Origin: Malacoraja senta
Taxonomy: Eukaryota
Assembly: GCA_038087875.1 (NCBI GenBank)
Contig: JAXLNO010002694.1
Span: 248,001 to 312,000 of the forward strand
DNA length: 64,000 nt
Reading direction: 5' to 3'
The notes beneath the pieces are model-generated. The model saw only the letters and a program-made list of their open reading frames with translations, made no database searches and had not been told where the DNA came from. This document shows, one piece after another, positions 1 to 10,010 of this stretch (position 1 is the first letter of the stretch; each line of letters opens with the position of its first letter). Position numbers and translations under genes: made by a program.

Positions 1-580
1 TGTTATCCCACTTTCTCAACCACTTAACCAATTAACCTACAAACCCGCACGTCTTTGGTGTCTAAAAAACAAAGATAAGAGAATGGACAGGCAATGTTTC
101 GGATTGGGACCCTTCTTAGAATCATACTGCACAGAAACAGACCATTCGACCAAACTCGTCCATGCCATGACGACCAAGATGAGCCATCTAAGCTATTCCC
201 ATTTGCCCGCATTTGATCCATATCCCTCTCAACCTATCCTACCCTCGCATCTGTCCATATCTCTTTTAAATGCTGTTACTGATTCTGCCTCACCTACCTC
301 CGCAGTCTGAAGAAGGGTCTCGACCCAAAACGTCACCCGTTCCTTCTCTCCAGCGATGCTGCCTGTCCCGCTGAGTTACTCCAGCATTTTGCGTCCACAG
401 TTTAAACCGGCATCTGCAGTTTCTTCCTACATACTTCCTCTGGCAACTCATTCCGTGCACCCACCACCATCTGAGTGAAAATGTTGCCCCTCAGGTTCCT
501 ATTAAATCTTTCCCCTCTCACCTTATGACTTCTGGTTCCCGATTTCTACCTCCGCAGTCTGCCTCATCTACCTCCGCAGT

Positions 581-612
581 CTGAAGAAGGGTTTCGGCCC
601 GAAACGTTGCTT
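581..612 (+). ncRNA. Minimal hammerhead-ribozyme-like motif in a Penelope terminal-repeat fragment
   Basis: CTGAAGA-A-GGGT-TTCG-GCCC-GAAAC-GTT: intact core boxes, helix II, palindromic ACGT in place of helix III. Helix I is only ~2 bp. Confidence 0.5.
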
Positions 613-764
613 ATTTCCTTCGCTCCATAGATGCTGCTGCACCCGCTGAGTTTCTCCAGCATTTTTGTGTCCCTCCACGGCTGCTGCCCGACCCGCTGAG
701 TTTCTCCTGTTACTTTCTCGAAGTAACAGGAGAAACATTCGCTGCCACACAACCACTGTCTTAC

Positions 765-840
765 CTGCGTGGTCTCCCGATACAGAGCACAGAGACAAGA
801 CGGCGATCAGGAGTGATACAGGTACATTGTAACTTTCCAT
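765..840 (-). CDS. First coding exon (signal peptide) of an unidentified secreted or membrane protein gene that continues beyond the left edge
   Basis: Strong Kozak context GCCGCCAAG-ATG-G; 25 codons MESYNVPVSLLIAVLSLCSVSGDHA + G, followed by canonical donor GTAAGA (phase 1); hydrophobic core; unique, non-repeat sequence. Confidence 0.7.
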
Positions 841-1270
841 CTTGGCGGCTCCTCACACCGACTGAACCGTCTCTGCTGTTCCGTGAAGTACTGAGGGCGG
901 AATTAAGATTGACTGGGTGGGTAATGAGCAGAGTTCTCAACAGGAAGCAGCCAGCAGGAGAAAGTCGGACCTAGAACCAAATTCTTCTGCAGTGCTCGCC
1001 ACCCCCCGCTCGGGGAGTGTAGTAGTGGGAGGGTGAGTAGAGGAAACGCAAACACGTCTGCCGTTCACGCTGTGTGCAGCTGACGCGGAGCCCAAACGCT
1101 TCCAGCGAGAGAGAGTGCGGGTCGATCAGGTCAGATTGCATCAATGTGCGGCGAGCGGGTGGCAGGGCGGCGCCGGCCAGACTTCCAGGATCCTCCCAGT
1201 GACCCCGCGGACAGTCTCTATCCGCTCGACACCTGGTCCCAGCTTCCCCCACCCCTCACTCGTGTACACC
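841..1270 (-). promoter_or_regulatory. CpG-rich putative promoter / 5' UTR of the left-edge gene
   Basis: Unique CpG-rich sequence just upstream of the ATG at 840, with a GC box (CCGCCC), an ETS-like CTTCCTG and a CRE half-site (TGACGC, ~1081-1086). Confidence 0.45.
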
Positions 1271-1309
1271 TGAGAAATCATTCTGCCCATGCATCGTACG
1301 CCCTACACC

Positions 1310-2000
1310 TCACCCCTTCAATCCCACTCCCCTCCCATTCTATCCCACTCCCCTTTACCCAACTGCCCACACCCCACTCCCCTGCCCCACATTCGTACAG
1401 CACGAACCCCTCCATCCCACTCCCCGCCATCCCCACCATCCCATTCCCCTCAATCCCACTCCCCTCCATCCCACTCCCCTCCATCCCAATCCCCTCCATC
1501 CCACTCCCCTCAATCCCGTCCATCCCAATCCCCTCCATCCCAATCCCCACCATCCCACTCCCCTCAATCCCCTCCATCCCACTCCCCTCAATCCCCTCCA
1601 TCCCAATCCCCTCCATCCCCTCCATCCCAATCCCCTCCATCCCAATCCCCTCCATCCCATTCCCCTCAATCCCACTCCCCTCCATCCCAATCCCCACCAT
1701 ACCACCCCTCAATCCCCTCCATCCCAATCCCCTCCATCCCACTCCCCTCCATTCCCTCCATCCCAATCCCCTCCATCCGCTCAATCCCCTCCATCCCAAT
1801 CCTCTCCATCCCACTCCCCTCAATCCCCTCCATCCCAATCCCCACCATCCCACACCCCTCAATCCCCTCCATCCCAATCCCCTCCATCCCACTCCCCTCA
1901 ATCCCCTCCATCCCACTCCGCTCCATCCCACTCCCCTCCATCCCAATCCCCTCAATCCCCTCCACCCTAATCCCCACTATCCCACTCCCTCTGTACTCTG
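1310..2000. repeat. C-rich low-complexity tandem repeat (VNTR)
   Basis: Array of short modules (CCCTC, CATCC, CAATC, CCACT). It explains the spurious PSIP/HPNP/GMEG ORFs. A degenerate C/T-rich tail continues to ~2180. Confidence 0.95.
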
Positions 2001-2210
2001 TACTCTACATTTCACTAGGCACTCCCTATCCTGCCCATGCACTCCCTCTCACTGCCCTGAATGACCTCTCACTCCCCGTGCTCTCTCTCACACTCCATCC
2101 ACACTCCCTGCACTCTCTCCCACACTCCCCCTGCACTCTCTCTTACTCCCCCTGCACTCTCTTCCACACTCTCTCTTCCTATACATGCAACAGTCCAAAT
2201 GTCTTTCCCC

Positions 2211-2517
2211 ACAGTGGGGCAGCGGTAGAGCTGCTGCCTTACGGCGCCAGAGACCCGGGTTTGAGATCCTGACCACGGGTGCTGTCTGTATAGTATTTGC
2301 ACATTCTCCCTGTGATGACGTGGGCTTTCCCCTGGTGCTCCGGTTTCCGCTCACATCCCAAAGAAGAGCAGGTTTGCAGGTCAATTGGCTTCTGTAAATT
2401 GTCCCTAGTGTGTAGGATAGAGGTAGTGTGAATGGGCGTTCAATGGTCAGCGCGGACTCGGTGGGCCGAAGGGCCTGTTTCCACGCTGTATCTCTAAAAT
2501 AAAGACTAAACTAAATC
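2211..2517 (+). mobile_element. V-domain tRNA-derived SINE (HE1-like); representative of at least 15 copies in the window
   Basis: tRNA-like head with A/B boxes, V-domain core (ttgcacattctccc...ggtgctccggtttcc), CR1-like tail ending in TAAAC repeats. Similar copies at ~3085-3380(-), 10285-10585, 17280-17575, 21050-21360(-), 23140-23430, 23675-23945, 26810-27100, 32945-33180, 33497-33803, 35145-35460, 35925-36240, 38610-38905(-), 39510-39800, 41470-41750(-), 51400-51690(-). Confidence 0.85.
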
Positions 2518-3744
2518 AAAGTGAGAAAACACAAGAGGATGTAGATTTAGGGTAATGGGGAAGAGATTTGCAGGTGATCGGAGGGACCTTTCTCAGCCAG
2601 AGTGTGGTGAGTACCTGGAACACACCACGGCAGTGGGGAGGTGGAAGCAGATTCACTGACAGCGTTTAAGAAGTGTATGGACATGCTCTTGAATCACCTT
2701 GAAAGCTTGGGACCGATTGCTGGGGGAATGGGATTAATTCTAATTGGTGGCCACCGATCAACATGAACGTGGTGGGCCGAACGGCCTGTTTCCATGCTGT
2801 ACCACTCTGTCACTCGCCCACCATGTGCTCTCCCACACCCAGGGTGGGCTCCCTCTAATTCTTCCTCTTCCCCTTTCCTCTCCCCTGCCCACGTCCTTCC
2901 CACTCACCCGACATGTCTCCCATCTCTCTTGCCCTGGGTCAAACCACGGCCCATTTTGTTGGTACCGTTTCAAAATTCCTCATGAATATATCACAAGAAT
3001 TTTTTCCCCTGGATCGTTAACTGCTGATGAGTCTGAAATCGCTGCTTGCCCCAACTGGATTTGAGTTTAGAGTTACAGCATGGAAACAAGCCCTTTGGTC
3101 CACTGAGTCCATGCCAACCGTTAACACTAGTTCTAAGTTATTCTACTTTCTCATCACACGTGGGGCAATTTACTCAACTTACACACTGGGTGCGTTTTAC
3201 AGAGGTCAATTCACCTGCAAACCCGCACGTCTTTGGGATGTGGGTGAAAACCGGAGGACCTGGAGGAAGCCCATGGAGTAACAGTGAGACCATGCAAATT
3301 CAACACACTCAGACAACACCCGAGGTCAGGATCGAACCCAGGTCTCTGGCGCTGTGAGGCAGCAGCTCTACCATTGTGCCACTCACTGTTCTGTTAGTAA
3401 ATCCTCAGGACATGCCCGCATATCGAGCGGTGTAGACTTCCCCTAACCCTGCCCTTGCTTTTGTACCCCCTAACGCCCATCTGTACAGCACCCTCACCCA
3501 TCTCCCCACACTAGGTTCTCCACACACATTGAGGAAATGGTAGCAGGAAACACAAGGAACTGCAGATGCTGGAACCTTGAGCAAAACACAAAGTGCTGGA
3601 GGGTCGGGTAGAATCTGTGGAAGGGGATGGGCAGATGATGGTTCGGGTCGGGACACTTCTTCAGTCCCTGCAAATGGCAGCAGAGGTAGGCCACTCGGCC
3701 CCTCAAGCTTGTCTCGCCATTCAATCCATTTCATAACAAGAGGA

Positions 3745-4380
3745 TTTCAGTTTCATAACAAGAGGATTTCAGCTCATAACAAGAGGATTTCAGTATAGGA
3801 GTAAAGAGATTCTTCTGCAGTTGAATAGGGCTCTGGTGAGACCACATCTGGAGTATTGTGTACAGTTTTGGTCTCCTAATTTGAGGAAGGACATCCTTGT
3901 GATTGAGCCAGTGCAGTGTAGGTTCACGAGATTGATCCCTGGGATGGCGGGACTGTCATATGAGGATAGATTGAAAAGACTAGGCTTGTATTCACTGGAG
4001 TTTAGAAGGATGAGGGGGGATCTTATAGAAACATATAAAATTATAAAAGGACTGGACAATTTAGATGCAGGAAAAATGTTCCCAATGTTGGGCGAGTCCA
4101 GAACCAGGGGCCACAGTCTTAGAATAAAGGGGAGGTCTTTTCCACCCAGAGAGTTGTGAATTTATGGAATTCCCTGCCACAGAGGGCAGTGGAGGCCAAA
4201 TCACTGGATGGATTTAAGAGAGAGTTAGATAGAGCTCTAGGGGCTAGTGGAGTCAAGGTATTTGGGGAGAAGGCAGGCACGGGTTATTGATAGGGGACGA
4301 TCAGCCATGATCACAATGAATGGCGGTGCTGGCTCGAAGGGCCGAATGGCCTCCTCCTGCACCTATTTTCTGTGTTTCTA
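3745..4380 (+). mobile_element. CR1 LINE, 5'-truncated 3' fragment
   Basis: ORF RALVRPHLEYCVQFWSP...LYSLEFRRMRGDLIETYK (CR1 ORF2 C-terminus) followed by the CR1 3' UTR. Confidence 0.9.
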
Positions 4381-4639
4381 ATCCTAAAAGAGCTGATGTA
4401 CTCCAGTTCTCATTTCCTCTTCTGATTCGGTTCCTTCCACAGTGCATGCTGGCGAGAGGAACCATGGAACATCTGTATAACTTGGCAAGTGAAAGGCCGC
4501 ATGCATTAGAGGAGAAAAGTCACCCACCAATCCAAAGACGCCCTGCAGTTTAACAAATATGTTGGAAGAAAATCAAACCAAGTACTTAGGTTTATTTATA
4601 GAGGGACAAACACTGAAATTGGAGACTTCTGTTATGACT

Positions 4640-7445
4640 GTGTTTAGGCACACAGAATACATGGGGATCGAGGATCTAGTGGGAGGGAGGAACTGAAGGG
4701 AATCCACATTAGTCAGGAAATGGTGTTAGGTAAACTGTTGGGACTGAAGGCTGATAAATCCCCAGGGTCTGATCCCAGAGAACTCAAGGAGGTGGCCCTA
4801 GAAATTGTGGATGCATTGATGATCATTTTCCAATATTCTCTCGATTCTTTGATCAGTTCCTGTGGACTGGAGAGTAGCCAATGTAACTCCACTTTTTAAG
4901 GAAGGAGGAAGGGAGAAAACTGGGAATTATAGGCCAGTTAGCCTTACATCGGTAGTGAGGAAGATGCTTGAGTCGATCGTTAAAGACGTTATAGCAGTGC
5001 ATTTAGAAAGCAGTGACAGGAAGGATTTATGAAGGGGAAGTCATGCTTGACTATCCATGTGGAATTTTTTGAGGATGTAACAAATAGAATGGATAAGTGA
5101 GAGCCAGTGGACGTGGTGTATCTGGACTTTCAAAAACCCTTTGACCAGGTCCCACACAAGAGATTAGTGTGCAAAATTAGAGCACATGTTATTGGCGGTA
5201 GGGTATTGACATGGATAGAGAACTGGTTGGCAGACAGGAAGTAAAGAGTAGGAATTAACGGGTCCTATAAAGGATCGCAGGCAGTGACTAGTGTGGTGCC
5301 GCAAGGCGCAGTGCTGGGACACCAGTTATTTACAATATATATTAACGATTTAGACTAGTGGTTCCCAACATGGGGCGTACGCCGCACAAGGGGGCAATTT
5401 GATTTTTAAGGGGGGCAATTGAGCGCGACTGAGGAGGTCTGGGTCCAAATTTTCAATTTTTATTTTTTTGGATTTTCCATCAGGTAAACATATGTAGTTT
5501 ATGTTTCAGATGTTATTTTGAGTAAATAATTTTTGGGGGGTAAAAAAGGTCTTTATTGTGTAGTTATTACATAATCACCGCGCCATCGCTCTTCATGCAC
5601 GTCGCACGAAGCGCGCGAGGTCATGGGAGAACCTTATTTATTGAATTGGATTTAGAAATGCGATTCAAAGAGCTTTTGCTAAGTTACCCTTATAATATCT
5701 ATTTCCTCCGTTTTCTCTCAAGGGAAAGCAATCCATTTTCTGAGAATTATTTCTTTGACTGCTCGTGCTAAAATGAGTAGTACAAGCAAGAAGAAAGTTT
5801 GTCAGTATTCAGAGGAATATTTAAAACTTGGTTTCATACCCGCTGTCCATGATGAACGGTCACCTTTCTGCCTCTTATGCCAACAATGCTTGACCAACGA
5901 ATCAATGAAACCAGGTCGTCTTGAGGCGCATTTGAAGGCGAAACATAGTGCGTATGTAAATTCAGATTTGAATTACTTCAAATCTTTAAAGGATAAGTTT
6001 GAAAAAAGATCAACAATAAAGTCTGTTTACTGCACAAACTGTTACTGTCAGTCGTACTCTTGAGGCTAGTTATGAAATTTCTTTACTCATTGCTAAATCT
6101 GGAAAAAATCATACTATAGGGGAGGATTTAATTAAACCATCAATATCAGCATTTCTTAAAACAGTTCTGTAAAAAGATGACAAAGATGTTAAAGCCATGC
6201 CACTCAGTAACAACACTGTTAGGAGAAGAACAGATGAAATGAGTGAAGATATTGAAACACAACTTGTTGAAAAGCTGAAATCAAGAAAATTCTCAGTACA
6301 AATGGATGAATCAACTGTGAGAGACAGTGAGGCCTTATTGCTAACCTATGTAAGATATATTGATAAAGGTGAATTTGCTGAAGAAATGTTATTCTGCAAA
6401 TCGTTAGAGACCACCACTACCGCCACTGATATATATAATAAACTAAAACACTACTTAGATGTCAATAATATACCAATGGAAAACATAACATCTTGTGCAG
6501 CTGATGGTGCTCCTGTTATGATGGGCAAGAAAAATGGTTGCTTAAAATTGATGAAAGATGAGAATCCGGAAATGCTTCTTGTGCACTGTGTTATTCATAG
6601 AGGGAACTTAGTGTTGAAAAATATTTCTCCTGTACTTAATGAGGTACTGAAATCAGTTATAAAATCTATCAATGCTATCAAAGCTAATGCCAAATGTGGG
6701 CGTCTTTTCAAGCAATTTTATGAAGATAACAATGCAGACCATGTGAGACTTTTACTTCACACTGAGGTACGGTGGCTTGGAGATGTTACATTTAATTCCT
6801 TCGTCTAAATTTTAGACGAAGGAATTAAATGTAACATCTCCAAGTTTGTGGATGAAACAAAGCTGGGTGGTAGGGTGAGGAGAATGCTATGAGGCTGCAG
6901 GGTGACTTGGATAGGTTGGGTGAGGGGGAAGATGCATGGCAGATGCAGAATAATGTGGATAAATGTGAGGTGGTAAGAACAAGGCAGATTATTATCTGAA
7001 TGGTGTCAGATTAGGAAAAGGGGAAGTGCACGAGACCTGGGTGTCCTTTTACATCAGTCACTGAAAATAAGTCGCAGCAGGCAGTGAAGAAAGCTAATTG
7101 AATGTTGGCTTCATTGCAAGAGGTTTTGAGTTTAGGAACAAGGAGGTCCTACTGCAGTTGTACAGGGCCCTGGTGAGGACATTATTGCTATTGAGGAAGT
7201 GCAGCATACGTTTACCATGTTAATTCCCAGGATGGTGGCACTGACATATGATGAAAGAATGAGTCGACTGGGCTTGTATTCAGTGCAATTTAGAAGGATG
7301 AGAGGGTATCTTATAGAAACATATAAAATTCTTAAAGGATTGGACAGGCTAGATGCATGAAACATGTTCCTGATATTGGGGGAGTCCAGAACCAGTGGTC
7401 ACAGTTTAAGAATAGCGGGTAGGCCATTTAGGATTGAGATGAGGA
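4640..7445 (+). mobile_element. Degenerate CR1 RT fragment split by a hAT insertion (CR1 parts 4640-5355 and 6811-7445)
   Basis: Homologous to the CR1 RT in ORF 59728..61158. The CR1 sequence resumes after the hAT at the tttagac target repeat. Confidence 0.85.
5356..6778 (+). mobile_element. hAT (Buster/Charlie-type) DNA transposon, 3'-truncated, inactivated transposase
   Basis: Left TIR TAGTGGTTCCCAAC; BED zinc finger (CLLC...HLKAKH); catalytic motifs FSVQMDEST and AADGAPVM, CxxH (HCVIH) and HTEVRWL. Frameshift near 6030 and in-frame TAA near 6169. The C-terminal catalytic E region and right TIR are absent. Confidence 0.9.
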
Positions 7446-7631
7446 AGGGCCTGCTTCCACACTATATCTCTAACCTAAACTAAAATTAAATGCTTTGACA
7501 GAGTGGTTTCCATTTGTGAGAAGCGTATAAATAGAAGCCGTCACTAAATCACGTTCAGCAGCAAATGCGGTTGCACATTTAGCAGAAATCCTTCAACCCA
7601 CAAGAATCAAAGTGTCACAGAGTGATACAGT

Positions 7632-7833
7632 CAAATTGTGTTTCTGATTTTCTTTTTTGTCCCTTTGAAATGAATTCTATCCTTAATTTGTGTATTGTGA
7701 TGTTGTTGATGTCCCTATTATTTTTTATTTTTTATTCTGCTTATATGTTTTGTAATTTTGCTTATCTGCAAGGCGTCCTTGAGAGTCTTTGAAAGGCGCC
7801 CTATAAGTGTAATGATAAATAAATAAAAATAAA
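7632..7833 (+). mobile_element. Short LINE 3' end (L2-like)
   Basis: Ends gcgtccttgagagtctttgaaaggcgccctataag plus an A-rich tail; flanked by ACAGT (7627-7631, 7834-7838); absent from the duplicate copy at ~11995. Confidence 0.6.
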
Positions 7834-7836
7834 ACA

Positions 7837-8700
7837 GTGTGGAAACAGGCCCTTCGGCCCAACTCGCCCACACCAGCCAACATGTCCCAGCTACACAGTC
7901 CCACCTGCCTGCGCTTGGTCCATATCCCTCCAAACTTGTCCTATCCACGTACCTGTATAACTATTTCTTAAACGTTGGGATAGTCCCGGCCTCAACTACC
8001 TCCTCTGGCATCTTGTTCCATACACCCATCACCCGCTGTGTGAAAAAGTTACCCCTCAGATTCCTATTGAATCCTTTCCCCTTCACCTTGAGCCTCTGTC
8101 CTCTGGTCCTTGATTCCCCCACTCTGAGCAAGAGACTCTGCATTTACCCAATCTATTCCTCTCATGATTTTATACACCTCAATAAGACCACCCCTCATCC
8201 TCCTGCGCTCCAAGGAATAGAGACCCAGCCTACTCAATCTCTCCCTATAGCTCACACCCACTATTCCTGGCAACATCCTCGTAAATCTTCTTTGAACCCT
8301 CTCAACCTTGACAATACCTTTCCTATAAAATGGTGCCAGAACTGAATACAATACTCTAAATGCGGTCTCACCAACGTCTTATACAACTGCAACATGACCA
8401 CCCAACTTCTCTACTCAATACTCTCCCTGATGAAGGCCAATGTGCCAAAAGCCTTTTTGACCACCTTATCTACCTGGGACTCAACCTTGAAGGAACCATG
8501 CACCTGTACTCCAAGATCCCTCTGCTCCACAACACTCTCCAGAGTCCTACCATTCACTGTGTAGGTCCGGCCCTTGTGTGACGTTCCAAAATGCAACATC
8601 TCACAATTCTCTGTATTAAATTCCATCAACCATTCTTCAGCCCACATAGCCTATCAATCAAGATCCTGCTGCAATCTTTCACAGCCATCTTCACTATCTG
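7837..8700 (-). mobile_element. CR1 3' fragment (second subfamily)
   Basis: Minus-strand ORFs LERVQRRFTRMLPG...ERRRMRGGLIEVYK and VVEQRDLGVQVH. Confidence 0.85.
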
Positions 8701-9254
8701 CAAGAGCAGTGAGTGTTTGGAAGTGCCCCCCAACAGGTGCTGGTAGGTGGATTTTTGTAGATAAGTTCATACGGTATAGAAATAGAATTAGGCAATTCGG
8801 CCCATCGAGTCATAACTGATCTACCTTGCCCACATAATCCCATTCTCCCCGTAACTTTTGATGCCCTTACTAATCAAGAACCTATCTGCTTTAAAAATAC
8901 CCAAAAATGGGCTCCACTTCTGTCCATGGCAAATAATTCCATGGATTCACCACCCTCTGGATAAAGAAATTCCTCCTCATCTCCATTCTAAAGGTACGTC
9001 CTTTGATTCTGAGGCCGTGCCATTTGTTTCTGGACTCTCCCACTGGTGGAAACATCATCTGCACATCCACTCTATCCAGGCCTTTCATTATTTGGTATGT
9101 TTCAATGAGTATCCTTATCCTTCTGAACTCCAGCAAGTAGAGGCCCAGAGCTGTCAAATGCTCTTCATAACAATCATCCAATAACCCAATCATCCCACCC
9201 GGGTCATTCTCGTAAACCTCCTTTGGATCCTCTCCAACGCCAGCTGGATGGTTT

Positions 9255-10010
9255 AAGGGAAGACTGACAAGACAAGACAAGACAAGAGACATTTATTGTC
9301 ACATGCACCAATTGGTACAGTGAAATTTGGGGTCACCATACAGCCATACGAATAAAAGAAGAACACAACACACGATAGACTTTAACATAAAACATCCCAC
9401 ACAGTGGAAACAAAGTTTTCCCACTGAGGGAAGACACCAAAGTTCAGTCATCTTCCCCTGATGTTCTTTGATGTTCACCCGTGGTTGTGGCCTCCCGAGC
9501 CCTCCACAAGCCCAATGTTCAGGCCCTCTCGCCGGGATAATGGTACTCCGACGTGGGAACGGAAGAACATCCTCAGCAGCTTGGACTTATGAATCGGCCA
9601 CTTCCTACCAGAGACCACAGGCCGAGCTGGGTGGAGATTCACACTGGTGGCCCTCGCCAAAGGGATCCCAGGCCTCTGCGATGTTGAAGTCATCGCCGCC
9701 CGCGGCTAGAAGCTCTGCAAACCACAGCTACACGATGTTGAAGCAGCAGGCTCAACACTCCGGAGCTTCAAACGGCGATACCAGGTAAGGCATCGCCCGC
9801 TCCGCGATGAATCCAGTGCTGCTCCGCCGCTGAAGCTCTGGTTCGGTCTCCGGCAAGAAAGACCGCGCCAATCCAGTTGGTAGGACGCGGGGGGGGGAGG
9901 GGGGGAGGCGAGGATGCGACTCAGAATAGTCGCATCCTCACCAGGAAGTGGCTGGAAAACAGATTCCCCCTTACCCTGCCCACCTCCCCCACATAAAAAT
10001 ACTAAGTACA
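9255..10010 (-). mobile_element. ~750-bp GC-rich non-coding element with a Rex/Babar-like 3' tail
   Basis: (TCTTG)n tail. The 3' motif tttcactgtacc..ggtgcatgtgacaataaa is shared with the Rex 3' end at ~18050-18100. Related copies at 16255-17015(-), ~19745-20140(-) and ~63255-63540(+). Confidence 0.6.

Noticed and set aside
971-1252. 93-aa minus-strand ORF
   Set aside because: No recognisable domain. It lies in the GC-rich promoter region of the 765-840 exon, where stop-free frames arise by chance.
1144-2272. Long Pro/Ser- or Gly-rich ORFs (306, 327, 225 aa)
   Set aside because: They are translations of the C-rich tandem repeat, open in several frames on both strands.
3024-3038. CTGATGAGTCTGAAA hammerhead-like string
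   Set aside because: No helix II can form between CTGATGA and GAAA, and there is no NUH site.
4410-4553. Pyrimidine tract plus cacag acceptor-like site in unique sequence
   Set aside because: No convincing donor, recognisable peptide or partner exons.
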